Notes: a model not told the origin generated them from the sequence alone. A stretch of 63,118 nt of DNA, filler included, from Octopus bimaculoides (GCF_001194135.2; 6 parts of 5 records of this genome joined end to end with filler, not necessarily neighbours in it), one strand, 5' to 3'. Counted from the whole stretch's first letter, positions 12,951 to 27,638 are shown. Numbers and translations are program-made.

Positions 12951-13290
12951 TAGAGGGCTTTCGGAGTACCGTTATTCGATAGAGTACGTAGTTCGGAAAT
13001 CAAAGGGTCATTACTTCACCGAATTGAGAGACTATAGCTCCGATATTATAGACATGTGATAAGATTGCATTGGAAAAGGATCGCTGGAAAACCGGCAGCA
13101 GACCCAGAGGCAGACCACAAGCAAGATGGTTGCGTAACATCCATGAGCATGGTAGGCGTCGCTTGCGGATCCAGCCGGATCAATTGGAGGCATTTGCTTC
13201 TGAGAGGACTCGATGGAAGGCCTAATTGTGGACTCTGAACCTACGAACCGTCCAGAAATATATGGGGGAAGAAAATGAAATGAGATGAGA
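12951..13290 (+). mobile_element. RTE-clade LINE 3' end fragment
   Basis: Translates as LRAFGVPLFDRVRSSEI..LLHRIERL*LRYYRHVIRL...GRPQARWLRNI...LRIQPDQLEAFASERTRWKA. This is the typical RTE C-terminus (DRVRN..I; R.QLRW.GHV.R; GRP..RW; DR..WR). Confidence 0.75.
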
Positions 13291-13729
13291 GGACTGATGT
13301 AATTCTAATGAATAATAACAACAGTAGCAACAACAAAAAGAGTAATATCATCAACAGCATAAATATAATCATTAAAACAGAAAACCCCCACAAAAACAAC
13401 AACAACAAATCAATGAGATTTAAATTAACGTTAGCTTAAACATTCATATGACCACGATCACTAAACGAATGCACACGAAGTGAACATATTCAAACGATAC
13501 AGCAAAAAAAGTCGGCAACTGTGTCAGATTGAAAATAAAGCAAAAAGCTGACCGACAACAGAAATAGAATCGTATTTAGCATTAATTAGATAACAAAAAA
13601 AAAAGACAAAACAACAAAGCAAAACAACAACGGCAACAGTTCTAAGAATCAATATCTCAAAAGACGTCGACCGTATCAATAACAAGATCAAAAGGAACGA
13701 AACTCTACTTCTTCTTTCGACAGAAACAA

Positions 13730-13839
13730 CAACAACAACACTATCCTCCTCCTCCTCATCATCATCATCACCATCACCATCATCACCACCACCACCACCA
13801 CCACCACCACCACCACCATCATCATCATCGACGGCGTTG

Positions 13840-13895
<56 letters not shown>

Positions 13896-14010
13896 GTCGT
13901 CGTCGCCGTCATCGTTCTCAGTGTCGTTATCATTATCACCTCCATCACCACCACCACCGCAATCATCACCACTGCACCACCACAGCAGCACCACCACAGT
14001 CACGACCACC
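13730..14010. repeat. (CAT)/(CAC)/(CGT) trinucleotide compound array
   Basis: Direct reading; source of the poly-D/G/M ORFs. Confidence 0.95.
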
Positions 14011-14418
14011 ACCACCAATACTCACCCATCACCTCCGCGACTGATCAATCGACCTGCCAGAAATAGCACCCAAATGTTTCGCATATCAGGGACTACTCCC
14101 TTTGAGATAGAGCAATAAGACAACTAGCAATTGAAGCTGGAAGCAATTTTGCAGAAAAAAAGGACTGGACGCTAATCGCTGGAACTCCTTTAATCGTTTC
14201 AATCTACTTTACAAGGGTTGGCCTAAATCTGAACAGCAACAACAACAACAACAACAACAACAAAAACATTAACAGACGAAGCAACAAGAACAATAACATC
14301 AACAGTAACAATAATATTAGCAGCAGCAGCACCACCACCATAACCAACAACAACAACAACAAAACAACAAAAACAGCAACAACAACAGTAACAACGACAA
14401 CAACAAAAACATTAACAT

Positions 14419-14907
14419 ACGTAGGAGTGGCTGTGTGGTAAATAGCTTGCTTATGAACCACATGGTTCCCGGTTCAGTCCCACAGTGTGGCACCTTGGGC
14501 AAGTGTCTTCTACTATAGCTTCGGACGGACCAAAGCCTTGTGAGTGGATTTGGTAGACGGAAACTGAAAGAAGCCCGTCGTATATATGTTTATATATATA
14601 TATATATATATNNNNNNNNNNNNNNNNNNNNNNNNNNNNNNNNNNNNNNNNNNNNNNNNNNNNNNNNNNNNNNNNNNNNNNNNNNNNNNNNNNNNNNNNN
14701 NNNNNNNNNNNNNNNNNNNNNNNNNNNNNNNNNNNNNNNNNNNNNNNNNNNNNNNNNNNNNNNNNNNNNNCTTAGCGGTTCTGCAAAAGAGTCCAATAGA
14801 ATAAGTACTAGGCTTACAAAGAACAAGTCCTGGGGTCGGTGATTTGCTCGACTAAAAGGCGGTGCTCCAGCATGGCCGCAGTCAAATGACTGAAACAAGT
14901 AAAAGAG
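14419..14907 (+). mobile_element. Composite SINE: family A head + (TA)n/gap + module 'C'
   Basis: A module at 14419-14582. After the gap comes cttagcggttctgcaaaagagtcc...aataagtactaggcttacaaagaacaagtcctggggtcg...ggcggtgctccagcatggccgcagtcaaatgactgaaacaagtaaaagag. Confidence 0.85.
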
Positions 14908-16117
14908 AGGAAAAGAGTATACGAAGCAACAACAAGAACAACAACAGCGAAAACAAAACCAACAAGCGCACAGATAACAGCAGCAACAGCAGCAGCAGCA
15001 GCAATAACAATAACAACAACAGCAACAGCGACAAAACAATATCAACGAGTCCCGAAAGACAAGCAGCAACAACTGTGACAGCAGCAACAACAACTGCAGC
15101 ATCTGCAACGGCAAGAACAACGATTTCAACAGCAGCAGCAACGACAGCAGCAGCAACAGTGCTGACATCAGCGGCTGTAGCAGCAAGAAGGACATGAGCA
15201 CCAACAGCATGATCGGACACAATCGATAATAACAACAACACCAACAAAACCAGTATCGATACCAACAGTGACTTCAGACAGTGGAAAATGAATAGGAGAA
15301 GGCGGAGGAGGAGGAAGAAGTAGATTGAAGAAGAAGAAGTAGAAGAATAATAAGAAGAAGAGGATGAGGGGGAGGAGGAGGAGGGGAAGGGAGGATTGAG
15401 CGAGTGGAAGTGAACCAGCAGCTGCGGCAATAAGAACTGTAAACATCTACCGTAAATTTAGCAGGAATTCAATAATAACAACACCAGCAACAATTATATC
15501 AGTAACAAAAACAAGCAGAGCAGTAACAGAAGCAGTAGCACCACCACCACCACCACCAATAATAATAATAATAATGATAATAATAATAGTATTGTTACCA
15601 GCAACACAGCAAAGATCAATCTTATCGAAAACGTATCCACAGTTTTCCTTTCAATTTCGGACAAGCTGCCAGGAAGGCAATGCTTCTTTGAAGAAAAAAA
15701 ACGTTAAGAGAAACGGCCAATTAAGCAATATAAAATGGTGCTATTGCTGACAATCTTTGAGCTAATTACAACTTACACTGCTTGGCTCAAGATGGTAAAC
15801 GGCTCTTCAGAAGAATCGCTAAATTCCGATATTGATTCCATTAAATGTACAATCAAATTCTCATTTTATCTGAGCCACGCCAATAACTTTCCGTTGCAAA
15901 TCTTGTAGTGAGTAACCAGATACTGAATGTGGTGAAGGAAAGTTGGAGGAAAAAAAAAATCTAAACTCATGTAGTATGAACAAGGTGATTTTTAAGAATG
16001 GCCACTGCTTAGTCAGCATTTTTGAGGTATCGACCTTGACTGTTTAACAGCGACATCTACTATAAAACTCCAGGCTCGGCGTTGGTCTATCGCAATAATC
16101 ATTATTCGCGAATGATA

Positions 16118-16321
16118 TACGAAGGAGTGTAGTAAAGTTCCTGGCTTTAAAGATAACGCAAAGGACCTGGTTGGAGGCCCAGCCTTCCGAGTTCTTTTGA
16201 AAGGACCACTCCAATAAGTTTGTGAATCTGAGAGGGAAATACGTTGAATAAAATCATAATTTACAGATACTCCTATATTCTCATTTACCCAAAGCCCAAA
16301 ACTTTTCAGCACACCCTTGTA
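16118..16321 (+). mobile_element. Mariner-derived MITE
   Basis: TA-flanked TIRs cgaaggagtgtagtaaagttcctggcttt / aaagcccaaaacttttcagcacacccttg. The internal aatctgagagggaaatacgttgaataa (NLRGKYVE*) resembles a mariner transposase C-terminus. Homologous copy at 51759. Confidence 0.8.
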
Positions 16322-16815
16322 GATACTTTTGCTCATTAACTAGGTTATCTGAAAGTCATGGGATTAAGCATATATCTTAAATATACAAAGAAAGACCTGC
16401 AATAAACTGGATCGTATCTGTGTTTGTCTTATAAATTGGGAAGCCATTTTGATTGTACAAAAAGAAAATACGAAAAACACAGACAAAACTGGATGCGCCG
16501 GGTTATATACTTTTAAAGTCATACAAAAATTACGAAGACATTAAGGTATGTATATATCTAGAGAACGCTCTCGATTTTGTTAATATGAGCTTTTCTCCTT
16601 AATCCGTTTTTAACATTAATTTCTTGTCCATGCGTCCACATTTTCTATATAGATTTGCCTAGCTGCGGTTGTGCTTATGATATCGGCCTCAACAATAAAC
16701 TCCCCAGGGGTCACGATCACTCATGAAACTTTGTCAAAACATAAATATATTACATCAAGTTTAATTTAAGAAAAAACAAACAAAATAAAGCAACAAAAAA
16801 CGATAAGTGATATAC

Positions 16816-17122
16816 GCGCAGGCGTGGCTGTGTGGTAAGAGCTTGGCTTCCGAATCACATGTTTCCGGGTTCAGTTCCACTGCGTGCCAACTCGGGCAAG
16901 TGCCTTCTACTATAGCCTCGAGCTGTTCAAAGCTTTGTGAGTGGATTTGGTAGACGGAAACTGAAAGAAGCCCTTCGTATATATAAATAAAAATGTATAT
17001 ATACATATATGTGTGGGGGGGGGATCCTTCACCTATACTGCTTGGCAATTGGTGTTGGTTTGTTTACGTCCTCGTAAATTAGCGGTTCGACAAAAGATAC
17101 CGACAGAATAAGTACTCGGCTT
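16816..17122 (+). mobile_element. Composite SINE: A head + short AT/GT tract + truncated C module
   Basis: A module at 16816-16980, then ggtgttggtttgtttacgtcctcgtaaattagcggttcgacaaaagataccgacagaataagtactcggctt. Confidence 0.85.
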
Positions 17123-17477
17123 AAAAAAAAATACTCGATTTTCTGATCGTTGCAGCGAAAGACTTGTAGGTAAATTGTCGTTAGAAGGAAAATGAAGATG
17201 CTTAACCATCTAGATGCTGATAAAATATCAACAAACACATCAAAATCTCAAAGGGTCTTTCGACTTAGAAGAAATAACAGGAGAATTGGGATGTCTCTTG
17301 TGAGTACATGGCACAATAAATACTGTAGTTTTAACCACCAACGTAGCTAGGGAGGCAATGGTAGGGGCTGCACTTTTAAAGGGGTGACACTTTTGGGTCT
17401 GCTGTAGGCGATATGTGTTTTTTTTTTTTTGGCATGACTAGTGGTCTTAGCACGTCGAGAGACATGCTTAGCTGTAT

Positions 17478-17633
17478 TTCGACTTTATTTAAGCTCTGAG
17501 TTCAAATTCCACCGAGGTTGACCTTCATCGTTTCGGGGTAGATTAATTAAGTACAAGTTGCGTATTGTTGTCGAGCTAATCCACTGGCCCCGTCTCCCAA
17601 AATTTCGAGCCTTGTGTCTAGGGTAGAAAAGAA
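17478..17633 (+). mobile_element. 5'-truncated SINE family B
   Basis: ctgagttcaaattccaccgaggttgacc...ttcggggtagattaattaagtac...gtcgagctaatccactggcccc...atttcgagccttgtgtctagggtagaaaagaa. Confidence 0.8.
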
Positions 17634-18389
17634 CATACGGCCTGAATTGGGTTGATGTTAATGACATACCTACTCGATCACTGGTTGTCGTAAGTTAAGC
17701 AACAACAGTAACAGAACTATCACCAATGAACACAAACAAAAAAAAAAAAAGAAAAAAAAAGAAAACGACGACGACGATGGGAACTTAAAAAAAAAACTAG
17801 AAAGAAACAAAACAAATTCAATGCTGTTAACCATGCTCGTAGAAGGACGACGAGAAAAGAACGTTTGGCATCTTCACTTGTGTCGTATTCCTTATAAACA
17901 GAAACGCCACGTAGCATTATTTTGTTTGCCTTCGCGAATATATTACGCCATTCAAATAATCATTGAATAGCATTGTTAATATCTACAAAATGATTGATCT
18001 TCTAAGGTTGTATTATTGCGCAGGGAATTGTATTACAATACGAAAACTAAATCCAGTTACTTGACAACTTTCATATGGATTTCCTGTCTAACATTTGTAA
18101 AATTTCCGCTTACTTTGTTATAGCGAACGAAGCATTTATAAATGCATATGCAGAAATATATTTACATAAATATACACATACACACTTACGTGCAGACATA
18201 CGTAGATACATAGAGGCTTACATACATACATACACATATATAGATACGTGTGTGTATGTATATGCATATGAATGTATGGATGTATATACCAACATACATA
18301 CATGCATACTTGCATATGCATATGCGTACGTATCTACACACATACACGCACATGTACGTGTGTTGTGCGTATATAACTACATGCGTATA

Positions 18390-18430
<41 letters not shown>

Positions 18431-19097
18431 NNNNNNNNNNNNNNNNNNNNNNNNNNNNNNNNNNNNNNNNNNNNNNNNNNNNNNNNNNNNNNNNNNNNNN
18501 NNNNNNNNNNNNNNNNNNNNNNNNNNNNNNNNNNNNNNNNNNNNNNNNNNNNNNNNNNNNNNNNNNNNNNNNNNNNNNNNNNNNNNNNNNNNNNNNNNNN
18601 NNNNNNNNNNNNNNNNNNNNNNNNNNNNNNNNNNNNNNNNNNNNNNNNNNNNNNNNNNNNNNNNNNNNNNNNNNNNNNNNNNNNNNNNNNNNNNNNNNNN
18701 NNNNNNNNNNNNNNNNNNNNNNNNNNNNNNNNNNNNNNNNNNNNNNNNNNNNNNNNNNNNNNNNNNNNNNNNNNNNNNNNNNNNNNNNNNNNNNNNNNNN
18801 NNNGTATGTGATCGTCTGTATACAAATCGCGTGTTTGATTTAAGTCTACTATACTGCTGTAGACAATATTCAGTATTATGGAGAGCATCACCACCTATTA
18901 ATCTCTTCCTTGCAGGCCTTCCTGTAAATGGATTTACACCTATTACACCAAAGCCACGTTGTCTTTATGTTGGAATATATAGAACTTACAGAAAATATTC
19001 TTGTGTTTAGAAAAGAGATAGCGGAGGAGAAATTTCGTTCGCACAAAAATAGGCACAACAAAACACAGACACTCAGATACATACATACATACATACA

Positions 19098-19128
<31 letters not shown>

Positions 19129-20045
19129 GTCCGTACTTATATGTTGCGCATTGGTAATTTGGCAATATTGCACTTCGTCCACTCGTTAAATTATATATTC
19201 GTTATTCGTTATCACACCTTTGCGCAAAATGGATACCCTCAAACTAGAAACGTCTTTGATCTTTGTATACGACGTGATGTTTTATGGGATAAGCATTGAC
19301 CACAGCATATCGCTATTCAGTTTTACTATCCAATATTCCCCAGACATTGGAATGAAATTATGTGAGACGAAACGTGTATATTTAGTGGTAAAACGAGAAA
19401 CATTTAGGTCCTGACTGACCTCTCAAGTAAATATGTAAATATTTCTCATGCAGGTTTATATTCTTGTGAGAATTATAATCATTTTGAACAGAATAATAAT
19501 ACTAGGTATGATGATGTCATCAATAAGAAATGAATATCTCAAGACAGCTTGGAAGCGCTGTACATCAGCATTCGAAGAGTACAAAAGTTATATCGCTGAG
19601 AGCGAACTTGCAGTGTTTCTCTCTACACCTTGTATTAGACTCTTGATTTTCAATACTTGTGTGAAGACCGAAACAAATTTTCTTCGCTATGGAAAATTTC
19701 GACGTCAATCTTGGACAGAGATCAATTTTTGTATACAACGAGTGCGAGCGTTGTACTTAAATCTGTATCAACGTCACATGAGACACAGATTATGAAACTG
19801 AAGAAATATCTCGAACAGTGGAAAGATACTCAGTAGAGGATGCTTTGAAATGGTGATTGTGAAAATAAGAATATGTATATATTCCTTTATTTGTTTCAGT
19901 CATGCTGGAGCACCGCCCTATATATATATATATATATATATATATGCGTGTGTGTGTGTATGTGTGTATGTATGTATATATATACATATATATGTATGTA
20001 TGTATATATAATTTATATATGTATATATGTATGTATGTATACATG

Positions 20046-20086
<41 letters not shown>

Positions 20087-20096
20087 NNNNNNNNNN

Positions 20097-20130
<34 letters not shown>

Positions 20131-22187
20131 GTATGATTTAAGCAAATATGAAGGCAGGAAGATTTTATGAAGACGTGAAAGAATGCAAAAGAAGCACCAC
20201 GTAAGATGGAATATACGTATGATGAAATATTGTTACTGGAACGTTGAGTGGAAATGCTATAAGGGATAGTTGTTATGCGCTGAACAACTGATAATTTCGT
20301 ACATCTTATAATAATAATTACATCTTATAATAATAAGTTGTTACAGATTCTAATTTCATCACATGATTCAGTCCTTTGGCGCTCCGCTGGTTTGTGTACT
20401 TCAGTGACACCAAGAACTGTGTTAGTGGAATCCGAACCCCGGACAGAGCAAAGGATAGTGGTTACAGTAATGGATAACTCCTTCCCGGAGGTAAAAAATG
20501 TAGAGAATGCAAAATTATTGAAGCATTGATGGCAATTGATAGCTAACATGACCTTGGAAAGGAAGGCCCTTTCCAGGGAAAAATTTGCCTAAAGCGTAAG
20601 TGAGGATGGAAATCCAAGTGTGATGAAAGATACTGTAAACACAAGAATCTGAGTGGAGGAAAGCAGAAAAGACAGACCAGTGTCGAGGGCAGAGGAGAAA
20701 TGTCGTTGATGTCTATGTTAGATATGAAGCAAACGGTTTTAAAGAAAAAATAGATTCTAATGCGAAACGCTATACGGTTTTAAGCAGAAAATATACTGAT
20801 ATTTAATGTGTTTATCAAAACAATGTAATATATTAAAATAGTATACAATGCGTAAACAACAATGATATTGTTGTTCATATATCAAAAACTCAGATCACAA
20901 AATAATTTGGGGTTGGCAGAACAAATCTTATGAAACAGTTTATTCTTGAAAACAATTTCACATACAAGACTATATCTAATGTCTAAAGCACGAACATATA
21001 CAGTAGAAGTGATAGTTCCTAGATTCAGCGAATGAGTAAATTTATCAGTATAGAAATTAGTTTGGCGCATCTTCAAAACATGAGCAGACAGGAAAATTGC
21101 TGACATATTCAGAAGCAGCGCGCTAAGAGTACTTAGCAGTAGACTTAGTTCACTGCTAAGAGTACTTAGCAGTAGACCTTGTCCACATCGAATGAGTTAT
21201 TTTATTATCCAATTTTTCACTATGTGCTTTTGAATTGTATGTGAAGGAAACTTTTAATAAATTTAGAATATATAATGTACAATAGGTAAAAGTAATCAGT
21301 AGACGTTGTCATTCAAATTGATGTCACCAACTTCTTAAAATTGTTTAAAATACGCTCCTTTTGACAGGTCAGTTTTAAGCTCTTACTCTTTGTGAAATTA
21401 TCAGTATGAGAAAGTAAGGTGAAACTACTCGTTAACTGTTGCCCGTCTCCGAAACTAAGAGCAAAATATCTCTTCCTTAAGAATGTTAACTGAAACGTAA
21501 AATTTTCAATAATCGAAGCTACTTCTTTTTATATTCAGCGTTGCTAAATGTTATTGTCAGAATTTTGTTCCCATAAATTATGAATTTATGGAGGACAATA
21601 TTCTGGACAGCGACTTTGATTTTTCTCGCTATGTTGATACCATCGAAGATCGTAGGCTCGAAACGTCACTAACTTATGTCATTTGGTCTTGTAAATTTGA
21701 ACTATATATATATATACATATATANNNNNNNNNNNNNNNNNNNNNNNNNNNNNNNNNNNNNNNNNNNNNNNNNNNNNNNNNNNNNNNNNNNNNNNNNNNN
21801 NNNNNNNNNNNNNNNNNNNNNNNNNNNNNNNNNNNNNNNNNNNNNNNNNNNNNNNNNNNNNNNNNNNNNNNNNNNNNNNNNNNNNNNNNNNNNNNNNNNN
21901 NNNNNNNNNNNNNNNNNNNNNNNNNNNNNNNNNNNNNNNNNNNNNNNNNNNNNNNNNNNNNNNNNNNNNNNNNNNNNNNNNNNNNNNNNNNNNNNNNNNN
22001 NNNNNNNNNNNNNNNNNNNNNNNNNNNNNNNNNNNNNNNNNNNNNNNNNNNNNNNNNNNNNNNNNNNNNNNNNNNNNNNNNNNNNNNNNNNNNNNNNNNN
22101 NNNNNNNNNNNNNNNNNNNNNNNNNNNNNNNNNNNNNNNTGTATATGCATCTACCTATCGATCTATCTATGTCTCCCTCCCTCCCTC

Positions 22188-22241
<54 letters not shown>

Positions 22242-23012
22242 TACACACATACAAATAACAACAGGCGGATTGTGATTTACTACACCTGTTTCAGAGGTGT
22301 TTTTGTTGATGAATAGAAGTGTTCCGTGAAGCTAAAAATCATTTTCAATTGGCGAATACACATAAGAATGGAAAAACAATTTGAAATGTTTCAATAACAG
22401 AATCAAGTGCCATGTTTTTAACTCTATCGATAGAAATTCGGTCAGGGAGTGAATAAGCTACTCTAGTATGCATATATAGTGAAGAAACCGTAAGGTGATT
22501 AGATCGAAGAGGGTGAGGTAATTATAGGGAAGGCAGGAATACGGAGGTGAGGAGTGATAAGGAGAAGTGTAACATTACTTTCTACCTCAAAAACAGTTAT
22601 AAATAAGATAAGTTTTTTTAATATTTTATTTTAATCTATTTGAGTTAGACGACAAGGTTCCAACACAAACTCATTAAAAAGTAATTAAAATGGAAGGCTG
22701 GGGAACAGATCTTTACTTTCTATTACAGGTTCCAATTANNNNNNNNNNNNNNNNNNNNNNNNNNNNNNNNNNNNNNNNNNNNNNNNNNNNNNNNNNNNNN
22801 NNNNNNNNNNNNNNNNNNNNNNNNNNNNNNNNNNNNNNNNNNNNNNNNNNNNNNNNNNNNNNNNNNNNNNNNNNNNNNNNNNNNNNNNNNNNNNNNNNNN
22901 NNNNNNNNNNNNNNNNNNNNNNNNNNNNNNNNNNNNNNNNNNNNNNNNNNNNNNNNCTAATATAAGCAATAATGGTTTAGATAACATTTATGTAATAGCA
23001 GACACGTTTTCA

Positions 23013-23323
23013 GGAGAAGCAATGGCCTAGTGGTTAGGGCAGCGGACTCGCGGTCGGACGATCGCGGTTTCGATTCCCCTACCAGGCGTTGTGTGTGTTT
23101 ATTGAGCGAAAACACCAAAAAGCTCCACGAGGATCTGGCAGGGGGTGGTGGCGACCCATGTTGTACTCTTTCACCCCAACTTTCTCTTACGCTTTCTTCC
23201 TGTTTCTTGAGTAATGCTGCGATGGACTGGCGTCCCGTCCAGCTGGGGGGAATACATACGCCATAGAAACCGGGAAACCGGGCCCATGAACCTGGCTAGG
23301 ATTTAAAAGGGCGCATAAAAAAA
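23013..23323 (+). mobile_element. Full-length tRNA(Arg-like)-derived SINE family 'D' with 13-bp TSD
   Basis: Head gcaatggcctagtggttagggcagcggactcgcggtcgg...ggtttcgattccc; V-domain-like gatggactggcgtcccgtccag; A-rich end. The target-site duplication agacacgttttca is at 23000-23012 and 23324-23336. Second copy at 60716. Confidence 0.92.
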
Positions 23324-23858
23324 AGACACGTTTTCATGTAGTCCTTAAAATTATTGTTGCTAGCGTCCACCATTAAGTCAGTCCTATGAATCAGTATTTT
23401 TTATAGTTTTCAACAGCATTGACCACTTCGTTATGTAATTTGTTTCCTTTCGTTATTATTTCAGGCGGTAAAACGAGAGATAGAAGGGAATTTTGCTGTT
23501 GCTGCGGCTGGTGTTATTTTTGGCATTCAAGTGAACACAGGCGATTTTTTGTACTGGTCTGGTCTTAGGTTGGTTTGAAACAAACAACCAGCTTTTAAAG
23601 AAGGCAGCGGCGCGACATTGCGCTCCAAGACGCTGACCTAGCTAATTACCGTTTCATAACAACGTCATAAGAAAGATAATTAAAGAAAGTACCCTCCTCG
23701 ACAAAAGAAAAAAAAAAAAAATAATAGTAATACGTACAGAAACACATACACACAAAAAGAAAATAGATAATAAATAAATAACAAACCAATAGACAAGACA
23801 CTAATGACAATAAATAAAAACAAACAAAACGATAATAAAGATTTGGAAAGTATAAAAG

Positions 23859-23891
<33 letters not shown>

Positions 23892-24232
23892 AATTCCTAA
23901 TTATACGAAAGTGAAACCAAAACAATTAAGCAAACACAAGAAAATAGCACGTATATAATTGAGTAAATTGGAAGCAGTTAAATATCTCTTTCTTAAAATT
24001 TACCTACCTATGAGTGTGTGTGAGCGTGTGCGTCTGTGTGTGTGTGTGTGTGTTGTATGTGTGTTGTATGTGTGTATGCGTGTGCGTGTTTGTGCGTGAG
24101 TTATTCTCTGAGTGCTTATTGGAGGCACACACACACACACACGCACACGTGTGTGTGTATGTATATATATGTACAGACAAACAGATATATGTATGCATAT
24201 GTGTGTATATATGTATACATATATGTATAGGC

Positions 24233-24266
<34 letters not shown>

Positions 24267-24871
24267 GTACATATATATATGTGCGTGCGTGTGTCTGTGT
24301 GTGTGTGTGTGTGTATAGGTTGATTATCTCCCTTTTGTATTAGTCACATTCCAATCTTTTAAAGAGGATCGAATGTGACTAATTCAAAAGTATGTCGCCA
24401 GTATATTCTNNNNNNNNNNNNNNNNNNNNNNNNNNNNNNNNNNNNNNNNNNNNNNNNNNNNNNNNNNNNNNNNNNNNNNNNNNNNNNNNNNNNNNNNNNN
24501 NNNNNNNNNNNNNNNNNNNNNNNNNNNNNNNNNNNNNNNNNNNNNNNNNNNNNNNNNNNNNNNNNNNNNNNNNNNNNNNNNNNNNNNNNNNNNNNNNNNN
24601 NNNNNNNNNNNNNNNNNNNNNNNNNNNNNNNNNNNNNNNNNNNNNNNNNNNNNNNNNNNNNNNNNNNNNNNNNNNNNNNNNNNNNNNNNNNNNNNNNNNN
24701 NNNNNNNNNNNNNNNNNNNNNNNNNNNNNNNNNNNNNNNNNNNNNNNNNNNNNNNNNNNNNNNNNNNNNNNNNNNNNNNNNNNNNNNNNNNNNNNNNNNN
24801 NNNNNNNNNNNNNNNNNNNNNNNNNNNNNNNNNNNNNNNNNNNNNNNNNNNNNNNNNNNNNNNNNNNNNNN

Positions 24872-24937
<66 letters not shown>

Positions 24938-26677
24938 AAAGAGATTCGGTTAGGGAAGGAGCGGGAGAGAGGGATACCCCGTTGTGTGAGACGAATAGTC
25001 ATACAGCAGTTATAGCTGTGGGTTCGAATCATATTCCATATTCCCAAAAAGACCTCTCCCTGGTCCTTGTATCATATATCAGTACCGAATACCTATACAT
25101 GTATATGACTGTATGAGTATCTTTTAATACCTCGCTATATTTGGTAATATCGGAATTATTATCATGTTGAGGTTTACAATTATGTAATTCAGGATCCTCA
25201 TTCATAATGTTTTTAGTTTTTATTACATTTAATAAGTAACATTCAATTATTTTCATTGGCAGCCTGTGACTCCATCACAAATTGAATGCTTTATAGGATT
25301 ACTATCTTGTCCCATGCCGTCAAAAATGACGGCTAATTGTAGTAGTTTACATATAATTATGGATGGTAAATCAAATTAATACACTTGGCAATGTTCACAT
25401 ACATTCACACACTTTCTTTGCACATGCACACACACACATACACACGTATACTCACACATACACACGTATACTCACACATACACACATATACTCACACAGT
25501 TGAAACGCTGTTTGAGTTTTCTTTTCGGCGTTGAATGTTCACCGTCCCACCAGTTTGCCATCACCTCTTCCTTCCTTGTTCTTCTATCACCCCTTCCTTC
25601 TTTATTCATCTATCAGCCCTTCCTTTTTCCTTCATATGCTGTGACGGAGAAGAACACAAGAGTATTATTATAGCAGATGCTGGATATTCAATACAGGTTG
25701 TAAAAAAGAAACAAATCTAATTGTTTTGAATAGGAACATAGATGTTGTCTTGAAAAATAAAACAATTTTAGTTGAGGTGAGGGCTGAAGCTGATGAGGAT
25801 ATTTCTTATATATATTGTTAAAATATGCGTTTGCCCTTCAATCAAACGCTATGAAATCGTCTATTTCTTCTATATTCGCAAAAAGACATCTCCCTAGCCC
25901 TTGTAACTTATATCAGTAGCTATATATATATATATATATATATNNNNNNNNNNNNNNNNNNNNNNNNNNNNNNNNNNNNNNNNNNNNNNNNNNNNNNNNN
26001 NNNNNNNNNNNNNNNNNNNNNNNNNNNNNNNNNNNNNNNNNNNNNNNNNNNNNNNNNNNNNNNNNNNNNNNNNNNNNNNNNNNNNNNNNNNNNNNNNNNN
26101 NNNNNNNNNNNNNNNNNNNNNNNNNNNNNNNNNNNNNNNNNNNNNNNNNNNNNNNNNNNNNNNNNNNNNNNNNNNNNNNNNNNNNNNNNNNNNNNNNNNN
26201 NNNNNNNNNNNNNNNNNNNNNNNNNNNNNNNNNNNNNNNNNNNNNNNNNNNNNNNNNNNNNNNNNNNNNNNNNNNNNNNNNNNNNNNNNNNNNNNNNNNN
26301 NNNNNNNNNNNNNNNNNNNNNNNNNNNNNNNNNNNNNNNNNNNNNNNNNNNNNNNNNNNNNNNNNNNNNNNNNNNNNNNNNNNNNNNNNNNNNNNNNNNN
26401 NNNNNNNNNNNNNNNNNNNNNNNNNNNNNNNNNNNNNNNNNNNNNNNNNNNNNNNNNNNNNNNNNNNNNNNNNNNNNNNNNNNNNNNNNNNNNNNNNNNN
26501 NNNNNNNNNNNNNNNNNNNNNNNNNNNNNNNNNNNNNNNNNNNNNNNNNNNNNNNNNNNNNNNNNNNNNNNNNNNNNNNNNNNNNNNNNNNNNNNNNNNN
26601 NNNNNNNNNNNNNNNNNNNNNNNNNNNNNNNNNNNNNNNNNNNNNNNNNNNNNNNNNNNNNNNNNNNNNNNNNNNNN

Positions 26678-26744
<67 letters not shown>

Positions 26745-27363
26745 TAATATTAATAATCATAATAATATTAGGGATAAAAATCCAAATTTACTGGTAAAAA
26801 CTCAATTTAATTTAATTTAACAAAAATTAAAATTAAATTAAGTTTCACAGTATATAATATATAAAAATATTAAGTACCAGTTGCTCAAGGGGGTCGATCT
26901 AGTCACCCCCTTCCCCCTAAATTTCGGCCTTATGCTGCCGAGAGTAGAAAAGAATATTCGGACACATTATATTATGCTGTCATAAATATACTAAAGTTCA
27001 AATATCCTCCAGAAATTGTAATTATCTCCGAAGGTGAAGAACATATTATATTGAACAGTTAAAAATAATACTTTTGTGAATAATATCACTCGATGATCAA
27101 CACATTGTATTATATTTATTATATATATGTTGCATGAGATTAAAATGGTACCTATTCTACAGGGAGCATTCAAGCTGAGAAATAATAACAAAATACATTT
27201 TGAATTTTACCAAAATATCTTAAATAAAGACACGATATATATAACATAATGTGCTGTTGTATTCACATAGTGGAGTAGGAAAAAACGATGTTGAATGTAT
27301 TGGAATGGCTGCAATCATATCGCATGGAGTTCAGGGCAGATCAGATGCTTAACGCTAAAATTG

Positions 27364-27397
27364 GTCGTCGTCGTCATCATCATCATCATCATCATCG

Positions 27398-27441
<44 letters not shown>

Positions 27442-27607
27442 GTCATCATCATCCTCATCATCATCGTCGACTTCGTCGTCATCATCGTCGACTTCGTCGT
27501 CATCATCGTCGACTTCGTCGTCATCATCGTCATCATCGTCATCATCGTCATCATCGTCATCGTCATCATCATCGTCATCATCATCGTCGACGTCGTCGTC
27601 ATCATCG

Positions 27608-27638
<31 letters not shown>

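Noticed and set aside
15168-15600. Acidic/Gln-Thr-rich coding region from GAG/GAA/CAG repeats
   Set aside because: It is a mosaic of trinucleotide repeats with stops and no splice signals.
18820-18970. Minus-strand frame RQRGFGVIGVNPFTGRPARKRLIGGDALHNTEYCLQQYSRLKSNTRFVYRRSH as a host exon
   Set aside because: The acceptor context is weak, no domain is recognised, and it runs into a gap.
21122-21177. CRISPR-like repeat-spacer array
   Set aside because: Only two units with a ~10-bp spacer, in eukaryotic DNA, with no cas genes.
21630-21675. tcgaagatcgtaggctcgaaacgtc hammerhead-like motif
   Set aside because: GAAACGTC is suggestive, but the CUGA core is altered and helices I and II pair poorly.
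23013-23090. tRNA genes (also at 60716, 34823, 14419 and others)
   Set aside because: The tRNA-like heads continue into SINE bodies, occur as diverged dispersed copies with TSDs, and lack complete acceptor stems.
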